NCBI GenBank assembly: GCA_045531965.1
Contig: JAZSFA010000113.1
Coordinates: 29,962 to 93,961 of the forward strand
Length of the DNA stretch: 64,000 nucleotides
Source of the DNA: Eubacteriales bacterium
GTDB taxonomy: Bacteria > Bacillota > Clostridia > Oscillospirales > CAG-272
Reading direction: 5' to 3'
Shown piece by piece: positions 9,890 through 17,587 of the stretch (the first letter of the stretch is position 1; every line of letters begins with the position of its first letter). The notes under the pieces are model-generated. The model was not told where the DNA came from. It ran no database searches and was given only the letters and a program-made list of their open reading frames with translations. The position numbers were made by a program, and so were the translations under genes.

Positions 9890-10114
9890 TCCCAAGACCA
9901 CGCCGTTTCAACCGCTTTTTCCTTCAATCAAAACGGCTTTTTCATGGTGGCAGTTCTGTGTGAGTATGTACGAAAGCTGTCCAATTCTGTAAGTGTTTGT
10001 CTCAAACGTGGTTGTTAGGCGTGTGCTTGTCTTGATACAAGTCGGGCTCGCTGCGCTCGCCCGAGACAAGCACACCCCTGCCACAACTTGACCGTCGCAA
10101 CGCGGAAAAATCAA

Positions 10115-10179
10115 GCGCCGACGGATGCGAGGCCGCCGCTGAGCCGCTTGGCGAGCCTTCGCATGATTCCCGTCGGCGC
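10115..10179 (-). terminator. long GC-rich hairpin, candidate terminator of the CRISPR array transcript
   Basis: Perfect 10-bp arms GCGCCGACGG / CCGTCGGCGC enclose further pairing (ATGCGAGGC / GCCTTCGCAT). In minus sense it is followed by CTTGATTTTT. It starts 12 nt past the last degenerate repeat. Confidence 0.4.
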
Positions 10180-10191
10180 GGGGTGATTTGC

Positions 10192-11880
10192 ATGATCCTC
10201 CCCTCCCCCGCGTGGGGGGTGACGCTATCGCTTTAGCGCAAGTACAGGAGCTATAAAAATTTCAATCCACACCCCCCGCGTGGGGGGTGACCATACAAGT
10301 GATCGATGTGCTATCCACTGTAGTGATTTCAATCCACACCCCCGCGTGGGGGGTGACTAACCCCCGCGCGTCTCTCTCCACGTTCTTCACAGATTTCAAT
10401 CCACACCCCCGCGTGGGGGGTGACACAAAGCAACCGTATCGGAGGCTACGACCATTATCATTTCAATCCACACCCCCGCGTGGGGGGTGACACATGACCT
10501 TGAGCTTGATGCTCCAGGCGTATATATTTCAATCCACACCCCCGCGTGGGGGGTGACAGAAACATTAGAATTATCCGGGATAGTGACAATAATTTCAATC
10601 CACACCCCCGCGTGGGGGGTGACCTTATATACTCGATCAAAATACTTTGGAGGGCGTTATTTCAATCCACACCCCCGCGTGGGGGGTGACGTTGGAATGA
10701 AAACGCTTGACCGTATTTCTGCGATTTCAATCCACACCCCCGCGTGGGGGGTGACATTATAAATCCAACACCCCAAGATATATGTCCCGTATTTCAATCC
10801 ACACCCCCGCGTGGGGGGTGACGCGGTTGCTCCGCCGTGTATTCTTCAATTATTTATTTCAATCCACACCCCCGCGTGGGGGGTGACGATCCAAGCGATG
10901 ATGTCCCCCTTGGCATCGGTATTTCAATCCACACCCCCGCGTGGGGGGTGACCTTACGTATAAGCTTCCAAGCGATTAAAGCTAAAACATTTCAATCCAC
11001 ACCCCCGCGTGGGGGGTGACTGCTCCGTGTTTATGATAAGTATATGCAGAAGTCATTTCAATCCACACCCCCGCGTGGGGGGTGACAAAAAGACCACCAC
11101 GGCCACCAACGTAATTGCCAATTTCAATCCACACCCCCGCGTGGGGGGTGACACGGGCGGTAAAGGCGTCCCTCACTAAATCATCAATTTCAATCCACAC
11201 CCCCGCGTGGGGGGTGACGAAGGCCAAAATTCTATGATCTCTGAAGGAATAGTATTTCAATCCACACCCCCGCGTGGGGGGTGACATAGACACCTGCTGT
11301 TTTACCATCTTCATAACCATTTCAATCCACACCCCCGCGTGGGGGGTGACCTTTACAACCAACACAATCACGAATCCAACGATTATTTCAATCCACACCC
11401 CCGCGTGGGGGGTGACGACCGTGGTTCGATGTTTACTAAATCCTTTGTCATTTCAATCCACACCCCCGCGTGGGGGGTGACCTCGTAGAGGCCGCAGGAG
11501 AGGAGGTAGTACATATTTCAATCCACACCCCCGCGTGGGGGGTGACCGTATGGTGTGAAAGGTATATATGGACGTGATACAATTTCAATCCACACCCCCG
11601 CGTGGGGGGTGACTCAAAGGCCATAGCTTCACGAGCGGAAGAACGCTATTTCAATCCACACCCCCGCGTGGGGGGTGACAGTTGCGCCAGGCTTTTGCCG
11701 TCCAGCGTTTGCTTATTTCAATCCACACCCCCGCGTGGGGGGTGACCAAGATTGCAAGTAGCTCCGATAACAACTAAGATATTTCAATCCACACCCCCGC
11801 GTGGGGGGTGACGTTTCTACAAGCCAGCCTTTAGAAAGTGCAGGCATAATTTCAATCCACACCCCCGCGTGGGGGGTGAC
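10192..11880 (-). CRISPR. type I-C CRISPR array, 26 repeats and 25 spacers
   Basis: 32-nt repeat, minus sense GTCACCCCCCACGCGGGGGTGTGGATTGAAAT: a 7-bp stem plus an 11-nt ATTGAAAT-type handle, the classic I-C form. Spacers are 33-36 bp and all unique. The repeat at 10192-10223 is degenerate and the next (10259-10291) has one extra C, so the trailer is at the low-coordinate end and the leader is next to cas2. Confidence 0.97.
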
Positions 11881-12048
11881 AGCAAAAGCTCACAAAAAGT
11901 GGGCTTTGGTTTTGTGCACGTAACACAGTTTTCAATCATTTCTCCGCAAAAACCCTTTTTGGATAAGCTTCCATGCCGAAATGATTGCCTTTACAGTGTG
12001 CGAACCTCTTACGGATCTCTGTGAGCTATGGCTTCGCACGTAGCAAAA
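11881..12048 (-). promoter_or_regulatory. CRISPR leader
   Basis: 168-bp non-coding, AT-richer stretch between the cas2 stop (12049) and the newest repeat (11849-11880). Confidence 0.6.
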
Positions 12049-12339
12049 CTAAATAATCATAGGATCGTCGGGCAGATAGGTTTCCTTACAGCCAAAATGT
12101 TCGATCTTGTTATCGTATTTGTTTCCAAGATAGTAAAACCGAAGGCTATCGGTCTCCTCGTCCATGAGGGATACCAATTTGGCTTGCAGGATTCGACACT
12201 GCGCCGCGTCCAATTTACATTCAAATACCGAATTCTGCACACGCTGACCATAGTTCACACATTGCTTGGCGATCTGCCGCAGGCGTTTCTTTCCTTGCGG
12301 GGTTTCGGTATTGACGTCATAGGTTATGAGTACCAGCAT
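12049..12339 (-). CDS. cas2: CRISPR-associated endoribonuclease Cas2
   Basis: 96 aa. MLVLITYDV...RLRQIAKQCVNYGQRVQNSVFEC is the canonical Cas2 fold signature. Confidence 0.95.
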   Translation of the reverse strand: MLVLITYDVNTETPQGKKRLRQIAKQCVNYGQRVQNSVFECKLDAAQCRILQAKLVSLMDEETDSLRFYYLGNKYDNKIEHFGCKETYLPDDPMII

Positions 12340-12348
12340 AATTCCGCC

Positions 12349-13380
12349 TCACTTCCACAAAAATGGCGGGTATTCATCCAAATCCCCCCGCAGGTACCGG
12401 GCAAGCAGAAGTGCTTGGGCGTATGGGACCATCCCCCATGCCAGCTTTTCGTCCAAATAGGGGTGGGTGATCTTTTCCTTCTTTCGCTCCTGCCACTGTT
12501 TCAAGAAAGTCTTTCTGCCTGCATCCGTCAACAGCACCGCTCCGGATGCTTGGTGATCAAAGTCCTTTGCGGACAAAACACGGTTGTTGATGAGGGTCAG
12601 CACGAATCGGTCAGCCATGCAGGGACGCAGCTCCTCCATCAGGTCCAGCGCCAGCGAGCTTCTGCCGGGGCGGTCCTTGTGCAAGAAGCCAACGTAGGCA
12701 TCCAACCCCACGCTCTCCAAGGCGGACGCGCAATCATGGGTCAAGAGGCTATAGGCAAAAGACAGCATCGCATTGACGGGGTCAAGAGGCGGTCGGCGGC
12801 TCCGTTGAGTGAAAGCGAACGTATCCTTTTGCCCGAGGATCATATGATCCAGCACACCGAAATAGGCCGCCGCTCCGACTCCCTCCAAGCCCCGTAGGGT
12901 CTCGGTATCCGTACAGGCACGAATCTGAGGATACAGGTTCTTTAGGATATCCTCCGCGTTCCGTAGGGCGGAGGTATCCACCCGCAGTCCATTGTCGCGG
13001 CAGGTGCGGGCGATGCTGTGAGCCGAGTTGTACAGCTTTCCGAAGATCATATTGCGAGCGATACGACAAGCCGATCGATCGTCATCCGCCTCCCGATATT
13101 GCTGACGGCGGAGCAGAACGTTTCCATTGTTCTCGCCGCTCACCCGCGCCAGGAATCTGCCTCGCGGCGTGCAGAAGGCCAGGCCGATCCCTTTATCCGC
13201 ACAAGCACCCATCAAGGCAGGAGACGCACCCGCGTAGGAAAAGGTGACGATCTCCTGCAAGGTATGCAGAGGGTAGCGTGCCGCGATATCGTCTCCCCGT
13301 TTGGCTATCACGTTTTCTCCGTCCAAGGCCAGATAGATATCCTCACTGGTCACGAACAGGGTGTTCAAAAGCTGCTTCAT
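12349..13380 (-). CDS. cas1: CRISPR-associated endonuclease Cas1 (I-C type)
   Basis: 343 aa. Conserved Cas1 regions (NAMLSFAYSLL, LDAYVGFLH, DLMEELRP). Confidence 0.95.
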   Translation of the reverse strand: MKQLLNTLFVTSEDIYLALDGENVIAKRGDDIAARYPLHTLQEIVTFSYAGASPALMGACADKGIGLAFCTPRGRFLARVSGENNGNVLLRRQQYREADDDRSACRIARNMIFGKLYNSAHSIARTCRDNGLRVDTSALRNAEDILKNLYPQIRACTDTETLRGLEGVGAAAYFGVLDHMILGQKDTFAFTQRSRRPPLDPVNAMLSFAYSLLTHDCASALESVGLDAYVGFLHKDRPGRSSLALDLMEELRPCMADRFVLTLINNRVLSAKDFDHQASGAVLLTDAGRKTFLKQWQERKKEKITHPYLDEKLAWGMVPYAQALLLARYLRGDLDEYPPFLWK

Positions 13381-14090
13381 TCGTCCCCACTCCCTTCTTC
13401 GGTCGATCCAATACGGTCACTTCCCCTCATGGCTTCCTCCATAGATTTGTCCAGATAGTCGCCCACTCGCTTTTGCTTGAGCATTTTGGGCAAGCAATAC
13501 TCTGCCAGGGAGCAGGCGTTACACCCTTTGAAGGGCTTGACCCGGGGCGTATGACCTCGCTTGAAGCAGTCATGCATTTCGGCAAGGTAACCCCGCACCC
13601 GATCGCGCAGCTCGGCGGTGAAGATCACCTCCTCGCGGCGGCGGGTTTCTCCGTAGAACAAAGCGCCTCGTTTGATCTCACAGGACAGCATCTCCTCCAG
13701 ACACATGGCCTGCCCGCAGAGCTGGAGACGGTCAGCATCGTTTTCCTTGGGCTGACCCCGCTTGTATTCTACGGGATAGGGCTGCCACAATCCTTCCTTG
13801 TCCTGCAACGGGATCCCATCCTCGCTACGGTGGAACTCGATCACGTCGCACTGTCCCGAAACACCCAGATCACGGGATTGGATATTGACCCCTCGCAGGA
13901 TATACAGGTCTCCGCGGCTCTCCCGATCGGCGCTGTCGTGGGCCTTGCGGTGGAGGAGATCCCCCTCCACCGTTCGCAGATTTTCCGCCCAGAGCTGTTC
14001 TATGTGGATCAAGGCCCACTGTCTGCGGCAGAAGGCAAAATGCTGAAGCCCCGAGAGCTGGAGCCATTCATCCTCCCGGTACTCCATCAA
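13377..14090 (-). CDS. cas4: CRISPR-associated exonuclease Cas4
   Basis: 237 aa. RecB-like core (CDVIEF, YPVEYKRG) and a C-terminal Cys cluster (CNACSLAEYC). Overlaps both cas7 and cas1 by 4 nt. Confidence 0.9.
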   Translation of the reverse strand: MMEYREDEWLQLSGLQHFAFCRRQWALIHIEQLWAENLRTVEGDLLHRKAHDSADRESRGDLYILRGVNIQSRDLGVSGQCDVIEFHRSEDGIPLQDKEGLWQPYPVEYKRGQPKENDADRLQLCGQAMCLEEMLSCEIKRGALFYGETRRREEVIFTAELRDRVRGYLAEMHDCFKRGHTPRVKPFKGCNACSLAEYCLPKMLKQKRVGDYLDKSMEEAMRGSDRIGSTEEGSGDE

Positions 14091-14980
14091 ATCATGCGGG
14101 TGCAGGTCACGCCGGCGGGGAGAGCCGCCTCGTTCACGCTGACCTCGTAATCGATATAGGCGCGGGCGGGCAGACCGCTGTCATCCTTGCGGGTGACCTT
14201 GACCAGATCGAAGAGCTTGTGAGCGGGAGCGTTGCCGAACTCGCTGTCGTGCTTGAAGACGATCAGCTCTCTGACCGCCATCTTACCGCGGGCGGCGGAG
14301 CGGTCCAGCTCAAACATATTGATGATGGCCTGCCAGAGCAGTGCCAGATCCTCCTCGGAGAAGCCCGTGGTCTTGCGGGCCAGGTTGGCGGAGACAAAGC
14401 CCTCGCAGCGATAGAGGCCGTAGGGGACGATGTATTTGCGGCCCATCTCGGTGTTCTTGTTGGCGGCATCCTCCTCGGTGGTAATGGCGACACGGGTGAT
14501 GGTCATCTCCTGCTGGGAGATCGGCTCAACGCTACGGGCAAATCCCAGCTGTACGGGACCGCGCACCTGCCCGCAGTTCAGAGCGTCCTTCACAAAGGTG
14601 GTCATGACGGCACCGAAGGTACGGATATCAAAGTAATTCTTGCACATCCAGTCCCGAACCTTCACGTCCAGATCGGGATCGTTCTTTTTCGCGTCCTTGA
14701 CTTTCTTCTCGTCCACCCCCAGAGCCAGATAGGCCTGCTTATCGCTGGTGTTCAGGGGGGCGTTCTCCTTGATATAGATCTTGTAGCCGGGCTCGTCCTC
14801 CTTGACCGCCTCCACAAAGTTGCGGATCTTGCGCTTGAGACAAACGTCGGTCACGATCCCGAGACCGGTCTCGGGGTCTACACGGGGCATATTGCCCGCG
14901 TCGGGGTCACCGTTGGGGTTTCCGTTCTCCACATCGAACAGAATGACGAACTCGTAACGATTCTTAATGATATCAGACAT
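14087..14980 (-). CDS. cas7: type I-C Cascade backbone subunit Cas7c (Csd2)
   Basis: Start moved to MSDIIKNRYEF (GGAGG upstream). FDVENGNPNGDPDAGNMPR is the Csd2 signature. Confidence 0.9.
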   Translation of the reverse strand: MSDIIKNRYEFVILFDVENGNPNGDPDAGNMPRVDPETGLGIVTDVCLKRKIRNFVEAVKEDEPGYKIYIKENAPLNTSDKQAYLALGVDEKKVKDAKKNDPDLDVKVRDWMCKNYFDIRTFGAVMTTFVKDALNCGQVRGPVQLGFARSVEPISQQEMTITRVAITTEEDAANKNTEMGRKYIVPYGLYRCEGFVSANLARKTTGFSEEDLALLWQAIINMFELDRSAARGKMAVRELIVFKHDSEFGNAPAHKLFDLVKVTRKDDSGLPARAYIDYEVSVNEAALPAGVTCTRMI

Positions 14981-15347
14981 TTTCCTGATCCTCCTTCTTT
15001 TGATACAGAGCAATATTTTGATGATAGTAGCCTAACTGGAACGAGCCTTGCTCGGCCAGAGTCAAGCGGGCGGGGAGGGCTTCCCCAAACTTGTCCATGA
15101 TCTCGCGGATCATCTTTTCATAGTAAGGTACCAGCCAATCCTTATCCGACCCCTTCAGCTTCTTCAGGTGGCTCTTGGACAGGCGGAGCAGAATGGCGAA
15201 GATCGACGCGGGGGTCGCCGCGGCAGATACAAAATAGTGGTCTTTGACAGTCGATGCTCCGTTGGCATCGTTTTGTAGTTTCTCCAGAACGGCAAACAAC
15301 CGTCCAAGACAATACGGAACGTTGTTGGAATTCCGATTCAGGGACAT
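14973..15347 (-). CDS. cas11: candidate Cas11c small subunit translated from an internal start inside cas8c
   Basis: An in-frame ATG at 15347 is preceded by AAGGAGGT 7 nt upstream and would give a 124-aa product (MSLNRNSNNVPYCLGRLFAVLEKLQ...). Internal Cas11 translation from cas8 is established for type I-C. Confidence 0.5.
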   Translation of the reverse strand: MSLNRNSNNVPYCLGRLFAVLEKLQNDANGASTVKDHYFVSAAATPASIFAILLRLSKSHLKKLKGSDKDWLVPYYEKMIREIMDKFGEALPARLTLAEQGSFQLGYYHQNIALYQKKEDQENV

Positions 15348-16721
15348 GGTCAATACCTCCTTTGGCACGGCGGGGTGCGTATTTTTCAAGTAGTAAGCTT
15401 TGATGATGGCGGCACGGCCGCGGGTGATCGCTCGTTCGGCACGGATCCGCAGGTTCACTCCGTTCAGGAGCGTCGCTGGATACGGCGTGTCGGTCAAAAT
15501 CGCCCGCAACACATCCCCCGCCATATGCGGTGACGGAGACTTATCCTTGGACTTTTGGTTGACGGTCTCATCCAGCAGCTTCCAGACCGGAACCGTCTCA
15601 TAGGAATCGTAAGAGGGTCGAACAATTCGTAGGCGCTCCTGATGCGCCCATACGTTTTTGAGGAAGGCACCAAAGGTGTTCCGATAGAAGAGCCGCACCG
15701 AGAGTCGCGCCGCATTGGGAGATAGTCCCAAAATGTAAAAGGGGCGTTCGGGGTCCAATCTCGTTCCGTCAAGCTCCACGGGTCTCCCCTCGGCCAGAGC
15801 CTTGATCTTTTCCCACAGTTCATCCTTTGTATAGTTAGCGGGAGGATCATCATCAAAGGCGAAGCCCACCAGCTGCTCTCCGGCTGTGTTTTCTCCGTTC
15901 ATCCAGAAAAGCACCGTAGTCTCTCCGATACGAACGCGGCGGTCAACATCCTTGATCAGGTAGTTGAGAGCGGAGGTATAGGCGAAGGACGCGTACTTTC
16001 CCGTAGGGGCATTCAGGTTCTGCTCCTTACCGTAGGATGTGAAGGCGGGAGCGTTAAAAGAAACCAACGCCGCGCCCGAGGATTGAGCGCCGACAACGCC
16101 ACGGATCTGGGGATGGGTCCGCTCAACCGCTCCGTATTGGCCTGTGACCAAGCAATAGCCCACATCCTCTCCGCTGCCTCCGTAATACTCATCCCACGCC
16201 TCCGCGACCGCGGGGTCATCTGAGGCAAGGCGCCCGTCACAGCGAAACAGCAGGTTGACACCCGAGATCACGTCGTCAAAGTTATCCTTCAAGGCCGGAT
16301 GCTCCTTCGCCTCTTCGGGCTGCCAATGATCAAAAAACGCGAGTATGGCCTGCGCTGCGTCCGAATCAACACCATCCAGAATGGTGTGATGCAATTCCCG
16401 GCAACGGTCAAAGCATTCTTTCGTTCGCTTGGGCTTTCCCTTGCTGTCCACACCCAGTATGTAACCCGAATGGTCGCAAAGGAAGTTGGACTCTACGCCA
16501 ACGGTACGGGACACCTGGGCGGGGCACTTACGGGGTACAGGCTTGAAAACTGTCTTTTTCCCCATCGTCACCTCGCTCGTGGTGTGGATCGCTCGGAGCA
16601 GGTTTCCATCCCGATCAACATCCAGGATATAGGAGACCGGCACCTGCATCCAGCCGAAAGGCGGCATCTTCCCTCTCGCGGCCATGCTTTCATAAAACTC
16701 CACCAATGCCTGCAGGATCAT
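14973..16721 (-). CDS. cas8c: type I-C Cascade large subunit Cas8c (Csd1)
   Basis: 582 aa. The N-terminus MILQALVEFYE...PPFGW is typical of Csd1. Positioned between cas5 and cas7. Confidence 0.85.
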   Translation of the reverse strand: MILQALVEFYESMAARGKMPPFGWMQVPVSYILDVDRDGNLLRAIHTTSEVTMGKKTVFKPVPRKCPAQVSRTVGVESNFLCDHSGYILGVDSKGKPKRTKECFDRCRELHHTILDGVDSDAAQAILAFFDHWQPEEAKEHPALKDNFDDVISGVNLLFRCDGRLASDDPAVAEAWDEYYGGSGEDVGYCLVTGQYGAVERTHPQIRGVVGAQSSGAALVSFNAPAFTSYGKEQNLNAPTGKYASFAYTSALNYLIKDVDRRVRIGETTVLFWMNGENTAGEQLVGFAFDDDPPANYTKDELWEKIKALAEGRPVELDGTRLDPERPFYILGLSPNAARLSVRLFYRNTFGAFLKNVWAHQERLRIVRPSYDSYETVPVWKLLDETVNQKSKDKSPSPHMAGDVLRAILTDTPYPATLLNGVNLRIRAERAITRGRAAIIKAYYLKNTHPAVPKEVLTMSLNRNSNNVPYCLGRLFAVLEKLQNDANGASTVKDHYFVSAAATPASIFAILLRLSKSHLKKLKGSDKDWLVPYYEKMIREIMDKFGEALPARLTLAEQGSFQLGYYHQNIALYQKKEDQENV

Positions 16722-17380
16722 CCGATCACCCCCCCTGAATCACGGGACGGGACCCGCATAACACCATCCTCCAGCACCGCGCAGAAGAAGAGGGGACGAA
16801 TATCCTCCTTGCGTGCGTAGTCCATGTCCCACAGCATATAGCCCAGATCGCGACGTCCCTTCAGCTCTTCGGGGCAAGACGGGATCTCCTCACAGGGAGC
16901 AAAGAAAACGGGAAATTCTCTGGTTCCGAAATAGGGCTGATGGTAGAATCTGCCCTTTTCAATGCGCCTTTTGATGATGTCGCAGAATTTTCCGGGGTTG
17001 TCGCTGGGAGCCGCTTGGTCGGTCATGTCGAAGTGGGCTTCGATGACGTAGTGGACGTTTCGCAGGAGCATGGCGGCTCGCTGTTGGATATCGTCCGAGG
17101 TGGCGATATATAGCTCCCCTTGCCCCTTGTCCATGACGGTCCTGGCGCTCCGTGCGCTGGCGGTAGACTTGACCTCGTTGCGCCGTATGTTGGCGAATCG
17201 GATCGGGGCGCACACGTGGATGCGGTCGATCCGATACACGAGTCCGGGGTGCCAGAAGATGGCTTCCAGTATCCCCCTCGCCGCCGAAGGCGTCATCACG
17301 TTATAGCTGACTCGCTCGGTCTTCATCTCGGGACGTGTAAACAAGGCGTAGTCGCCCCAGACCTCTAACTTGATAGACAA
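16718..17380 (-). CDS. cas5: type I-C pre-crRNA endoribonuclease Cas5c (Cas5d)
   Basis: 220 aa. VWGDYALFTRPEMKTERVSY and PSAARGILEAIFWHP are typical of Cas5d. Confidence 0.9.
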   Translation of the reverse strand: MSIKLEVWGDYALFTRPEMKTERVSYNVMTPSAARGILEAIFWHPGLVYRIDRIHVCAPIRFANIRRNEVKSTASARSARTVMDKGQGELYIATSDDIQQRAAMLLRNVHYVIEAHFDMTDQAAPSDNPGKFCDIIKRRIEKGRFYHQPYFGTREFPVFFAPCEEIPSCPEELKGRRDLGYMLWDMDYARKEDIRPLFFCAVLEDGVMRVPSRDSGGVIG

Positions 17381-17415
17381 TTTGGATCACTCCTTTCCGA
17401 TTGGTCATTACCCAC

Positions 17416-17444
17416 ATTATAACACATGATTCTTGTTTTGGAAA
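17416..17444 (-). promoter_or_regulatory. internal promoter for cas5-cas8c-cas7-cas4-cas1-cas2
   Basis: Minus sense: TTTCCA, 17 nt, TGTTATAAT (extended -10). Lies between the cas3 terminator and the cas5 RBS (GGAAAGGAG). Confidence 0.45.
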
Positions 17445-17549
17445 TACTTTTTTGAAAAATTCCCGTCAATTCTTTGACGATTTGCCATTTTTGGCATTTC
17501 GAACAATCCACAAGACGCACCTTTGTACACATTTTAACTGTGAACCAAT

Positions 17550-17583
17550 CAAAAAAGCCACTCTGCAACCGTAGAGTGGCTTT
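17550..17583 (-). terminator. rho-independent terminator after cas3
   Basis: Minus sense: AAGCCACTCT-acggttgc-AGAGTGGCTT followed by TTTTTT, starting 5 nt after the cas3 stop. Confidence 0.7.
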
Positions 17584-17587
17584 CATA

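Noticed and set aside
10287-11480. Several 60-138-aa ORFs on both strands with repeating HTPAWGVT / PPTRGCGLK / TPHAGVWIE peptides.
   Set aside because: They are translations of the CRISPR repeat in different frames, not genes.
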